Notes: generated from the letters alone by a model not told the origin. A DNA stretch of 50,092 nt from Nemertoderma westbladi (GCA_032718475.1 JAUCBJ010009080.1:1-50092), one strand, 5' to 3'; counted from the stretch's first letter, positions 35,113 to 48,697 are shown. A program made the numbers and translations.

Positions 35113-36829
35113 TACAATCCACCAATTAATATTGTTTCCTCTTTCAAGACCAGTGCACTTATGGTTGTGTATGCTGTGCCACTTGTGTTCTGGAATATTT
35201 AATCATCCTTTAATCGAACCACCAATTAATGATATATCCTCTTTTACTGTAGACCAGTCTGCTCGTGGTTGCTGTGTATGCTGCGCCACTTGTGTTCTGG
35301 AATATTTAATCATCCTCATACAATCCACCAATTAATAATGTTTCAGTCCACTTGTGGTTATTGTGTATGTTGTGCCAATTGTGTTCTGGAATATTTTATC
35401 CTCTTCTATAAAATCCACAAATTAATACATGTTTCCTCTTTCAAGACCAGTCCACTTAGTGGTTATTGTGTATGCTGTGCCACTTGTGTTCCGGAATATT
35501 TTGTCATCTTCCAAACAATCTACCATTAATAATGTTTCCCCTTTCAAGACCAGTCCACTTGTAAAATATTTTATACTCCTCATAAAATCTACCAATTAAT
35601 AAATGTCTCCTCTTTCAAGACCAGTTCACTTGTGGTTATTGTGTATGCTGTGCCACTTGTGTTCTGGAATATTTTATCCTCTTTTCTACAATCCACTAAT
35701 TAATAAATGTTTCCTCTTTCAAACAAGACCAGTCCACTTGTGGTTATTGTGTATGCTGTGCCACTTGTGTTCTGGAATATTTTATCCTCTTCTATACAAT
35801 CTACCAATTAATAAATGTCTCCTCTTTTAAGACCAGTTCACTTGTGGTTATTGTGTATGCTGTGCCACTTGTGTTCTGGAATATTTTATCCTCTTCTATA
35901 CAATCTACCAATTAATAAATGTCTCCTCTTTCAAGACCAGTTCACTTGTGGTTATTATGTATGCTGTGCCAATTGTGTTCTGGAATATTTTATCCTCTTC
36001 TATACAATCTACCAATTAATAAATGTCTCCTCTTTCAAGACCAGTTCACTTGTGGTTATTGTGTATGCTGTGCCACTTGTGTTCTGGAATATTTTATCCT
36101 CTTCTATACAATCTACCAATTAATAAATGTCTCCTCTTTCAAGACCAGTTCACTTGTGGTTATTATGTATGCTGTGCCAATTGTGTTCTGGAATATTTTA
36201 TCCTCTTCTATACAATCTACCAATTAATAAATGTCTCCTCTTTCAAGACCAGTTAACTTGTGGTTATTGTGTATGCTGTGCCACTTGTGTTCTGGAATAT
36301 TTTATCCTCTTCTATACAATCTACCAATTAATAAATGTCTCCTCTTTCAAGACCAGTTCACTTGTGGTTATTGTGTATGCTGTGCCAATTGTGTTCTGGA
36401 ATATTTTATCCTCTTTTCTACAATCCACTAATTAATAAATGTTTCCTCTTTCAAACAAGACCAGTCCACTTGTGGTTATTGTGTATGCTGTGCCACTTGT
36501 GTTCTGGAATATTTTATCCTCTTCTATACAATCTACCAATTAATAAATGTCTCCTCTTTCAAGACCAGTTCACTTGTGGTTATTGTGTATGCTGTGCCAC
36601 TTGTGTTCTGGAATATTTTATCCTCTTCTATACAATCTACCAATTAATAAATGTCTCCTCTTTCAAGACCAGTTCACTTGTGGTTATTGTGTATGCTATG
36701 CCACTGGTGTTCTGGAATATTTTATCCTCCTCATACAATCCACCAATTAATAAATGTTTCCTCTTTCAAACAAGAACAGTTCACTTGTGGTTATTGTGTA
36801 TGCTGTGCCACTTGTGTTCTGGAATATTT
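35113..36829. repeat. Satellite C: 104-bp tandem array (~16 units, degenerate at the left edge)
   Basis: Monomer ATGTCTCCTCTTTCAAGACCAGTTCACTTGTGGTTATTGTGTATGCTGTGCCACTTGTGTTCTGGAATATTTTATCCTCTTCTATACAATCTACCAATTAATAA. The repeat-derived ORF starts at 35815, 35919, 36023 and 36127 give period 104. Confidence 0.95.
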
Positions 36830-39800
36830 AATCATCCTTTAATCGAACCACCAATTAATGATATATCCTCTTTTACTGTAGACCAGTCTGCTCGTGGTTG
36901 CTGTGTATGCTGTGCCACTTGTGTTCTGGAATATTTAATCATCCTTTAATCGAACCACCAATTAATGATATATCCTCTTTTATTGTAGACCAGTCTGCTT
37001 GTGGTCGCTGTGTATGCTGCGCCACTTGTGTTCTGGAATATTTAATCATCCTTTAATCGAACCACCAATTAATGATCTATCCTCTTTTATTGTAGACCAG
37101 TCTGCTTGTGGTTGTTGTGTATGCTGCGCCACTTGTGTTCTGGAATATTTAATCATCCTTTAATCGAACCACCAATTATGATATATCCTCTTTTACTGTA
37201 GACCAGTCTGCTCGTGGTTGTTGTCTATGCTGCGCCACTTGTGTTCTGGAATATTTAATCATCCTTTAATCGAACCACCAATTAATGATATATCCTCTTT
37301 TATTGTAGACCAGTCTGCTTAGTGGTTGTTGTGTATGCTGCACCACTTGTGTTCTGGAATATTTAATCATCCTTTAATCGAACCACCAATTAATGATCTA
37401 TCCTCTTTTACTGTATACCAGTCTGCTCGTGGTTGTTGTGTATGCTGCGCCACTTGTGTTCTGGAATATTTAATCATCCTTTAATCGAACCACCAATTAA
37501 TGATCTATCCTCTTTTATGGTAGACCAGTCTGCTCGTGGTTGCTGTGTATGCTGCGCCACTTGTGTTCTGGAATATTTAATCATCCTTTAATCGAACCAC
37601 CAATTATGATCTATCCTCTTTTACTGTAGACCAGTCTGCTCGTGGTTGTTGTGTATGCTGCGCCACTTGTGTTCTGGAATATTTAATCATCCTTTAATCG
37701 AACCACCAATTATGATCTATCCTCTTTTACTGTAGACCAGTCTGCTCGTGGTTGTTGTGTATGCTGCGCCACTTGTGTTCTGGAATATTTAATCATCCTT
37801 TAATCGAACCACCAATTATGATCTATCCTCTTTTACTCTAGACCAGTCTGCTCGTGGTTGTTGTGTATGCTGCGCCACTTGTGTTCTGGAATATTTAATC
37901 ATCCTTTAATCGAACCCCAATTATGATCTATCCTCTTTTACTCTAGACCAGTCTGCTCGTGGTTGTTGTGTATGCTGCGCCACTTGTGTTCTGGAATATT
38001 TAATCATCCTTTAATCGAACCACCAATTATGATCTATCCTCTTTTACTCTAGACCAGTCTGCTCATGGTTGTTGTGTATGCTGCGCCTCTTGTGTTCTGG
38101 AATATTTAATCATCCTTTAATCGAACCACCAATTATGATCTATCCTCTTTTACTGTAGACCAGTCTGCTCGTGGTTGTTGTGTATGCTGCGCCACTTGTG
38201 TTCTGGAATATTTAATCATCCTTTAATCGAACCACCAATTATGATCTATCCTCTTTTACTGTATACCAGTCGGCTTGTGGTTGTTGTGAGTACTGCGCCA
38301 CTTGTGTTCTGGAATATTTTATCTTCTTTTAATCAAACCACCAATTATGATCTATCCTCTTTTACTGTATACCAGTCGGCTCGTGGTTGTTGTGTATGCT
38401 GCGCCACATGTGTTCTGGAATATTTAATCATCCTTTAATCGAACCACCAATTATGATCTATCCTCTTTTACTGTAGACCAGTCGGCTTGTGGTTGTTGTG
38501 AGTACTGCGCCACTTGTGTTCTGGAATATTTTATCTTCTTTTAATCAAACCACCAATTATGATCTATCCTCTTTTACTGTATACCAGTCGNNNNNNNNNN
38601 NNNNNNNNNNNNNNNNNNNNNNNNNNNNNNNNNNNNNNNNNNNNNNNNNNNNNNNNNNNNNNNNNNNNNNNNNNNNNNNNNNNNNNNNNNTGGAATATTT
38701 AATCATCCTTTAATCGAACCACCAATTAATGATCTATCCTCTTTTATTGTAGACCAGTCTGCTCGTGGTTGTTGTGTATGCTGCGCCACTTGTGTTCTGG
38801 AATATTTAATCATCCTTTAATCGAACCACCAATTATGATCTATCCTCTTTTACTGTAGACCAGTCTGCTCGTGGTTGTTGTGTATGCTGCGCCACTTGTG
38901 TTCTGGAATATTTAATCATCCTTTAATCGAACCACCAATTATGATCTATCCTCTTTTACTGTAGACCGGTCTGCTCGTGGTTGCTGTGTATGCTGCGCCA
39001 CTTGTGTTCTGGAATATTTTATCCTCTTTTAATCGAACCACCAATTATGATCTATCCTCTTTTACTGTAGACCAGTCTGCTCGTGGTTGTTGTGTATGCT
39101 GCGCCACTTGTGTTCTGGAATATTTAATCATCCTTTAATCGAACCACCAATTATGATCTATCTTCTTTTACTCTAGACCAGTCTGCTCGTGGTTGTTGTG
39201 TATGCTGCGCCTCTTGTGTTCTGGAATATTTTATCTTCTTTTAATCAAACCACCAATTATGATCTATCCTATTTTACTGTATACCAGTCGGCTCGTGGTT
39301 GTTGTTTATGCTGCGCCACTTGTGTTCTGGAATATTTAATCATCCTTTAATCGAACCACCAATTATGATCTATCTTCTTTTACTGTATACCAGTCGGCTT
39401 GTGGTTGTTGTGAGTACTGCGCCACTTGTGTTCTGGAATATTTTATCTTCTTTTAATCAAACCACCAATTATGATCTATCCTATTTTACTGTATACCAGT
39501 CGGCTCGTGGTTGTTGTTTATGCTGCGCCACTTGTGTTCTGGAATATTTTATCTTCTTTTAATCAAACCACCAATTATGATCTATCCTATTTTACTGTAT
39601 ACCAGTCGGCTCGTGGTTGTTGTTTATGCTGCGCCACTTGTGTTCTGGAATATTTAATCATCCTTTAATCGAACCACCAATTATGATCTATCTTCTTTTA
39701 CTGTATACCAGTCGGCTTGTGGTTGTTGTGAGTACTGCGCCACTTGTGTTCTGGAATATTTTATCTTCTTTTAATCAAACCACCAATTATGATCTATCCT

Positions 39801-42800
39801 ATTTTACTGTATACCAGTCGGCTCGTGGTTGTTGTTTATGCTGCGCCACTTGTGTTCTGGAATATTTAATCATCCTTTAATCGAACCACCAATTATGATC
39901 TATCTTCTTTTACTCTAGACCAGTCTGCTCGTGGTTGTTGTGTATGCTGCGCCTCTTGTGTTCTGGAATATTTAATCATCCTTTACTCGAACCACCAATT
40001 ATGATCTATCCTCTTTTACTGTAGACCAGTCTGCTCGTGGTTGTTGTGTATGCTGCGCCACTTGTGTTCTGGAATATTTAATCATCCTTTAATCGAACCA
40101 CCAATTATGATCTATCCTCTTTTACTGTAGACCAGTCTGCTCGTGGTTGCTGTGTATGCTGCGCCACTTGTGTTCTGGAATATTTAATCATCCTTTAATC
40201 GAACCACCAATTATGATCTATCCTCTTTTACTGTAGACCATTCTGCTCGTGGTTGTTGTGTATGCTGCGCCACTTGTGTTCTGGAATATTTAATCATCCT
40301 TTAATCGAACCACCAATTAATGATCTATCCTCTTTTACTGTAGACCAGTCTGCTCGTGGTTGCTGTGTATGCTGCGCCACTTGTGTTCTGGAATATTTAA
40401 TCATCCTTTAATCGAACCACCAATTATGATCTATCCTCTTTTACTGTAGACCATTCTGCTCGTGGTTGTTGTGTATGCTGCGCCACTTGTGTTCTGGAAT
40501 ATTTAATCATCCTTTAATCGAACCACCAATTAATGATCTATCCTCTTTTATTGTAGACCAGTCTGCTTAGTGGTTGTTGTGTATGCTGCACCACTTGTGT
40601 TCTGGAATATTTAATCATCCTTTAATCGAACCACCAATTATGATCTATCCTCTTTTACTCTAGACCAGTCTGCTCATGGTTGTTGTGTATGCTGCGCCTC
40701 TTGTGTTCTGGAATATTTAATCATCCTTTAATCGAACCACCAATTATGATCTATCCTCTTTTACTGTAGACCAGTCTGCTCGTGGTTGTTGTGAGTACTG
40801 CGCCACTTGTGTTCTGGAATATTTTATCTTCTTTTAATCAAACCACCAATTATGATATATCCTATTTTACTGTATACCAGTCGGCTCGTGGTTGTTGTGT
40901 ATGCTGCGCCACTTGTGTTCTGGAATATTTAATCATCCTTTAATCGAACCACCAATTATGATCTATCCTCTTTTACTGTATACCAGTCGGCTTGTGGTTG
41001 TTGTGAGTACTGCGCCACTTGTGTTCTGGAATATTTTATCTTCTTTTAATCAAACCACCAATTATGATATATCCTCTTTTACTGTATACCAGTCGGCTCG
41101 TGGTTGTTGTGTATGCTGCGCCACTTGTGTTCTGGAATATTTAATCATCCTTTAATCGAACCACCAATTATGATCTATCCTCTTTTACTGTATACCAGTC
41201 GGCTTGTGGTTGTTGTGAGTACTGCGCCACTTGTGTTCTGGAATATTTTATCTTCTTTTAATCAAACCACCAATTATGATATATCCTCTTTTACTGTATA
41301 CCAGTCGGCTCGTGGTTGTTGTGTATGCTGCGCCACTTGTGTTCTGGAATATTTAATCATCCTTTAATCGAACCACCAATTATGATCTATCCTCTTTTAC
41401 TCTAGACCAGTCTGCTCGTGGTTGTTGTGTATGCTGCGCCTCTTGTGTTCTGGAATATTTAATCATCCTTTAATCGAACCACCAATTATGATCTATCCTC
41501 TTTTACTGTAGACCAGTCTGCTCGTGGTTGTTGTGTATGCTGCGCCACTTGTGTTCTGGAATATTTAATCATTCTTTAATCGAACCACCAATTATGATCT
41601 ATCCTCTTTTACTGTAGACCAGTCTGCTCGTGGTTGCTGTGTATGCTGCGCCACTTGTGTTCTGGAATATTTAATCATCCTTTAATCGAACCACCAATTA
41701 TGATCTATCCTCTTTTATTGTAGACCAGTCTGCTCGTGGTTGCTGTGTATGCTGCGCCACTTGTGTTCTGGAATATTTAATCATCCTTTAATCGAACCAC
41801 CAATTATGATCTATCCTCTTTTACTGTAGACCAGTCTGCTCGTGGTTGTTGTGTATGCTGCGCCACTTGTGTTCTGGAATATTTAATCATTCTTTAATCG
41901 AACCACCAATTATGATCTATCCTCTTTTACTGTAGACCAGTCTGCTCGTGGTTGCTGTGTATGCTGCGCCACTTGTGTTCTGGAATATTTAATCATCCTT
42001 TAATCGAACCACCAATTATGATCTATCCTCTTTTATTGTAGACCAGTCTGCTCGTGGTTGCTGTGTATGCTGCGCCACTTGTGTTCTGGAATATTTAATC
42101 ATCCTTTAATCGAACCACCAATTATGATCTATCCTCTTTTATTGTAGACCAGTCTGCTCGTGGTTGTTGTGTATGCTGCGCCACTTGTGTTCTGGAATAT
42201 TTAATCATCCTTTAATCGAACCACCAATTATGATCTATCCTCTTTTACTGTAGACCAGTCTGCTCGTGGTTGTTGTGTATGCTGCGCCACTTGTGTTCTG
42301 GAATATTTAATCATCCTTTAATCGAACCACCAATTAATGATCTATCCTCTTTTACTGTAGACCAGTCTGCTCGTGGTTGTTGTGTATGCTGCGCCACTTG
42401 TGTTCTGGAATATTTAATCATCCTTTAATCGAACCACCAATTAATGATCTATCCTCTTTTATTGTAGACCAGTCTGCTCGTGGTTGTTGTGTATGCTGCG
42501 CCACTTGTGTTCTGGAATATTTAATCATCCTTTAATCGAACCACCAATTATGATCTATCCTCTTTTACTGTAGACCAGTCTGCTCGTGGTTGTTGTGTAT
42601 GCTGCGCCACTTGTGTTCTGGAATATTTAATCATCCTTTAATCGAACCACCAATTATGATCTATCCTCTTTTACTGTAGACCAGTCTGCTCGTGGTTGTT
42701 GTGTATGCTGCGCCACTTGTGTTCTGGAATATTTAATCATCCTTTAATCGAACCACCAATTATGATCTATCCTCTTTTACTCTAGACCAGTCTGCTCGTG

Positions 42801-45800
42801 GTTGCTGTGTATGCTGCACCACTTGTGTTCTGGAATATTTAATCATCCTTTAATCGAACCACCAATTAATGATCTATCCTCTTTTATTGTAGACCAGTCT
42901 GCTTGTGGTTGTTGTGTATGCTGCGCCACTTGTGTTCTGGAATATTTAATCATCCTTTAATCGAACCACCAATTAATGATCTATCCTCTTTTATTGTAGA
43001 CCAGTCTGCTTGTGGTTGTTGTGTATGCTGCGCCACTTGTGTTCTGGAATATTTAATCACCCTTTAATCGAACCACCAATTAATGATCTATCCTCTTTTA
43101 TTGTAGACCAGTCTGCTCGTGGTTGTTGTGTATGCTGCGCCACTTGTGTTCTGGAATATTTAATCATCCTTTAATCGAACCACCAATTATGATCTATCCT
43201 CTTTTACTGTAGACCAGTCTGCTCGTGGTTGTTGTGTATGCTGCGCCACTTGTGTTCTGGAATATTTAATCATCCTTTAATCGAACCACCAATTATGATC
43301 TATCCTCTTTTACTGTAGACCAGTCTGCTCGTGGTTGTTGTGTATGCTGCGCCACTTGTGTTCTGGAATATTTAATCATCCTTTAATCGAACCACCAATT
43401 AATGATCTATCCTCTTTTACTGTAGACCAGTCTGCTCGTGGTTGTTGTGTATGCTGCGCCACTTGTGTTCTGGAATATTTAATCATCCTTTAATCGAACC
43501 ACCAATTATGATCTATCCTCTTTTACTGTAGACCAGTCTGCTCGTGGTTGTTGTGTATGCTGCGCCACTTGTGTTCTGGAATATTTAATCATCCTTTAAT
43601 CGAACCACCAATTAATTATATATCCTCTTTTACTGTAGACCAGTCTGCTCGTGGTTGTTGTGTATGCTGCGCCACTTGTGTTCTGGAATATTTAATCATC
43701 CTTTAATCGAACCACCAATTAATGATCTATCCTCTTTTACTGTAGACCAGTCTGCTCGTGGTTGTTGTGTATGCTGCGCCACTTGTGTTCTGGAATATTT
43801 AATCATCCTTTAATCGAACCACCAATTAATGATCTATCTTCTTTTATTGTAGACCAGTCTGCTCGTGGTTGTTGTGTATGCTGCGCCACTTGTGTTCTGG
43901 AATATTTAATCATCCTTTAATCGAACCACCAATTATGATCTATCCTCTTTTACTGTAGACCAGTCTGCTCGTGGTTGTTGTGTATGCTGCGCCACTTGTG
44001 TTCTGGAATATTTAATCATCCTTTAATCGAACCACCAATTATGATCTATCCTCTTTTACTGTAGACCAGTCTGCTCGTGGTTGTTGTGTATGCTGCGCCA
44101 CTTGTGTTCTGGAATATTTAATCATCCTTTAATCGAACCACCAATTATGATCTATCCTCTTTTACTCTAGACCAGTCTGCTCGTGGTTGCTGTGTATGCT
44201 GCACCACTTGTGTTCTGGAATATTTAATCATCCTTTAATCGAACCACCAATTAATGATCTATCCTCTTTTATTGTAGACCAGTCTGCTTGTGGTTGTTGT
44301 GTATGCTGCGCCACTTGTGTTCTGGAATATTTAATCATCCTTTAATCGAACCACCAATTAATGATCTATCCTCTTTTATTGTAGACCAGTCTGCTTGTGG
44401 TTGTTGTGTATGCTGCGCCACTTGTGTTCTGGAATATTTAATCATCCTTTAATCGAACCACCAATTAATGATCTATCCTCTTTTATTGTAGACCAGTCTG
44501 CTCGTGGTTGTTGTGTATGCTGCGCCACTTGTGTTCTGGAATATTTAATCATCCTTTAATCGAACCACCAATTATGATCTATCCTCTTTTACTGTAGACC
44601 AGTCTGCTCGTGGTTGTTGTGTATGCTGCGCCACTTGTGTTCTGGAATATTTAATCATCCTTTAATCGAACCACCAATTATGATCTATCCTCTTTTACTG
44701 TAGACCAGTCTGCTCGTGGTTGTTGTGTATGCTGCGCCACTTGTGTTCTGGAATATTTAATCATCCTTTAATCGAACCACCAATTAATGATCTATCCTCT
44801 TTTACTGTAGACCAGTCTGCTCGTGGTTGTTGTGTATGCTGCGCCACTTGTGTTCTGGAATATTTAATCATCCTTTAATCGAACCACCAATTATGATCTA
44901 TCCTCTTTTACTGTAGACCAGTCTGCTCGTGGTTGTTGTGTATGCTGCGCCACTTGTGTTCTGGAATATTTAATCATCCTTTAATCGAACCACCAATTAA
45001 TTATATATCCTCTTTTACTGTAGACCAGTCTGCTCGTGGTTGTTGTGTATGCTGCGCCACTTGTGTTCTGGAATATTTAATCATCCTTTAATCGAACCAC
45101 CAATTAATGATCTATCCTCTTTTACTGTAGACCAGTCTGCTCGTGGTTGTTGTGTATGCTGCGCCACTTGTGTTCTGGAATATTTAATCATCCTTTAATC
45201 GAACCACCAATTAATGATCTATCTTCTTTTATTGTAGACCAGTCTGCTCGTGGTTGTTGTGTATGCTGCGCCACTTGTGTTCTGGAATATTTAATCATCC
45301 TTTAATCGAACCACCAATTATGATCTATCCTCTTTTACTGTAGACCAGTCTGCTCGTGGTTGTTGTGTATGCTGCGCCACTTGTGTTCTGGAATATTTAA
45401 TCATCCTTTAATCGAACCACCAATTATGATCTATCCTCTTTTACTGTAGACCAGTCTGCTCGTGGTTGTTGTGTATGCTGCGCCACTTGTGTTCTGGAAT
45501 ATTTAATCATCCTTTAATCGAACCACCAATTATGATCTATCCTCTTTTACTCTAGACCAGTCTGCTCGTGGTTGCTGTGTATGCTGCACCACTTGTGTTC
45601 TGGAATATTTAATCATCCTTTAATCGAACCACCAATTAATGATCTATCCTCTTTTATTGTAGACCAGTCTGCTTGTGGTTGTTGTGTATGCTGCGCCACT
45701 TGTGTTCTGGAATATTTAATCATCCTTTAATCGAACCACCAATTAATGATCTATCCTCTTTTATTGTAGACCAGTCTGCTTGTGGTTGTTGTGTATGCTG

Positions 45801-47110
45801 CGCCACTTGTGTTCTGGAATATTTAATCATCCTTTAATCGAACCACCAATTAATGATCTATCCTCTTTTATTGTAGACCAGTCTGCTCGTGGTTGTTGTG
45901 TATGCTGCGCCACTTGTGTTCTGGAATATTTAATCATCCTTTAATCGAACCACCAATTATGATCTATCCTCTTTTACTGTAGACCAGTCTGCTCGTGGTT
46001 GTTGTGTATGCTGCGCCACTTGTGTTCTGGAATATTTAATCATCCTTTAATCGAACCACCAATTAATGATCTATCCTCTTTTATTGTAGACCAGTCTGCT
46101 TGTGGTTGTTGTGTATGCTGCACCACTTGTGTTCTGGAATATTTAATCATCCTTTAATCGAACCACCAATTATGATCTATCCTCTTTTACTGTAGACCAG
46201 TCTGCTCGTGGTTGTTGTGTATGCTGCGCCACTTGTGTTCTGGAATATTTAATCATCCTTTAATCGAACCACCAATTATGATCTATCCTCTTTTACTGTA
46301 GACCAGTCTGCTCGTGGTTGTTGTGTATGCTGCGCCACTTGTGTTCTGGAATATTTAATCATCCTTTAATCGAACCACCAATTAATGATCTATCCTCTTT
46401 TATTGTAGACCAGTCTGCTCGTGGTTGTTGTGTATGCTGCGCCACTTGTGTTCTGGAATATTTAATCATCCTTTAATCGAACCACCAATTATGATCTATC
46501 CTCTTTTACTGTAGACCACTCTACTCATGGTTGTTGTGTATGCTGCACCTCTTGTATTCTGGAATATTTTATCCTCCTTTAATCGAACCACCAATTAATG
46601 ATCTATCCCCTTTTACTGTAGACCAGTCTGGGCGTGGTTGTTGTGTATGCTGCGCCTCTTATGTTCTGGAATATTTTATCCTCCTTTAATCGAACCACCA
46701 ATTAATGATCTATCCTCTTTTACTGTAGACCAGTCTGGGCGTGGTTGTTGTGTATGCTGCGCCTCTTGTGTTCTGGAATATTTTATCCTCCTTTAATCAA
46801 ACCACCAATTATGATCTATCCCCTTTGAGTGCAGTCTAGTCGGCTCGCGGTTGTTGTGTATGCTGCACCTCTTGCGTTCTGGAATATTTAATCCTCTTTT
46901 AATCAAACCACCAATTATGATCTGATCTATCCTCTTTTACTGTATACCAGTCGGCTTGTGGTTGTTGTGTATGCTGAGCCACTTGTGTTCTGGAATATTT
47001 TATCATCCTTTAATCGAACCACCAATTAATGATCTATCCTCTTTTACTGTAGACCAGTCTGGGCGTGGTTGTTGTGTATGCCGCGCCACTTGTTTTCTGG
47101 AATATTTTAT
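36830..47110. repeat. Satellite D: 106/107-bp tandem array (~95 assembled copies, spans a gap) with a 1385-bp (13-mer) higher-order repeat
   Basis: Monomer AATCATCCTTTAATCGAACCACCAATTA(A)TGATCTATCCTCTTTTACTGTAGACCAGTCTGCTCGTGGTTGTTGTGTATGCTGCGCCACTTGTGTTCTGGAATATTT. GAACC occurs at 37594 and 37700 (period 106). Confidence 0.98.
38591..38690. other. Assembly gap (100 N) inside satellite D
   Basis: Run of exactly 100 N, typical of a scaffold join of unknown size. Confidence 0.99.
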
Positions 47111-47150
47111 AGGTAGGTAGGTAGGCAGGTAGGTAGGTAGGTAGGTAGGT
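47111..47150. repeat. (AGGT)10 microsatellite terminating satellite D
   Basis: Ten AGGT units (one AGGC variant) directly abut the last satellite D monomer. Confidence 0.95.
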
Positions 47151-48697
47151 GGATGGCAATGATGATCTTATAGTTAAATAAAGCCATAAAGTATCATCTA
47201 TTCTAATATTGAATATATTCATATTAACCTATTCGATATTAACTATTCTGAGCCATCGGTAGATGGGGGGTAGCGTAGGGTCTCATTTTGCAAATTCGAA
47301 TTATTCAGTGTGGAACATTGGTTGATTGTCCAAAAGCTTTTCTTTAATAAATTTAAAGGGATGTGATTGGATGGTTAATTATCAATCTGCAACTGCTGCA
47401 AACTTATCCTGTTATTATTTTAAAGAATCATTTTCCCATACAAACAACAGTTTACGACAAAACAAAACAAAAAAAAAGTATAATAAAGATAACTAAATTG
47501 ATTATTATATTGCCCATTATTATATTACAAAAAACACGTTATTTAAAAGTTAAACAACACAATCATAATAGAAAGGATCATTATAGAATGCACACACCGA
47601 CACAAAGAAAATAGTGTATATATACCTTTTAATTTGTATTATCCATATACTGAAGGAAAAAAGGCCTGCTAACTATGGTAGGTCGAATTAACGTGAGCGA
47701 GGTTCCTGATTTAACGAGCGCGGTCCATAAAACACCAAAAATAATAATAAAAGCAAATACAGAAATACCCAAATTAACAAAAAAACACAAAAAAAGTTAT
47801 ATTTCATAAAACATTTCTATTGAACTATTAAATATATAGTAATAGTTAAATATATAGATAGTATAATATATTACGTGCTGTGTTTTGTTTTGCGTTTTTT
47901 TAATGGGTCGCGCTCTGCTTGTGTACAATATTACCGGTGCTGTAGATATGGAAGTAATATCCCTATGTCCCTATGATATAATTGTCTGGTTTAAATAAAT
48001 AAATTATAAACATTAATTGTTGTTACAAAGTCATACCAACACAACAGTTACAACATAACACGGCCCAGTGAAATTAACTTAGCAAACTATATACAGGACT
48101 AACTGTCAAATAATTTCCGGATTTCAATTCTAGTTACGCACAACCTCTCAAGCAGCCTTGCATCACAATATTATTTCTGTAATAATATTATTATTTAAAA
48201 TCAATAATAAAGAACAAAATCATAATAAAACTAAAACTAATAAAAAAAACAACTGTAATCCATTTAACTAATTAGTTCTAATTTTACTACTCGGGTTATT
48301 CATACCGGTATATAACTGAATACGGGCATGAAAAGACTGTTAAAAATATGGCAGTGGGGCGTGCATTCATTCATGCATTACAGTAAAAGCGTACAATAGA
48401 GATATGGTACGGCTGGCGGGAGGGACTGGTACCGGTACTATTGTAATGCAATAGCTTAGTGCCCGGCTGCCCATTCCACAATAATACTGTAAGGCAATAC
48501 CGGTACTGATAGTAAATTACTATATACATGAAACGAAATTGAAATTTCTTTCGTTTCGTTTCGTTAGGCCAACCCTGCTAATATATATATATAATATGTA
48601 TATGTATATGATATTTTATACAAAATTGTTTGGAATTACAAAATAATGAGTGGCGTCGTGCAAGAAATCCCTATTACTTAAATACAAATGCAGGCGT

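Larger units (their letters stand above)
4010..47290 (+). mobile_element. Putative giant Helitron/Helentron-like element (RepHel gene plus satellite arrays); boundaries tentative
   Basis: The RepHel ORF has tandem arrays ~370 bp upstream and ~50 bp downstream, and the last array ends in a tetranucleotide microsatellite. Helentron-derived elements such as DINE-1 are known to carry internal tandem repeats and microsatellites. No canonical termini were identified, so the extent is inferred. Confidence 0.4.

Noticed and set aside
25921-41367. Many short Cys-rich or repetitive ORFs in satellites B, C and D
   Set aside because: They are translations of tandem monomers. Most periods (94, 104, 106, 107) are not multiples of 3, stops recur regularly, and many starts are non-ATG.
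47716-47915. Imperfect inverted repeat GAGCGCGGTCCAT / ATGGGTCGCGCTC (11/13)
   Set aside because: May be an old MITE remnant, but it is short, mismatched and lacks a target-site duplication.
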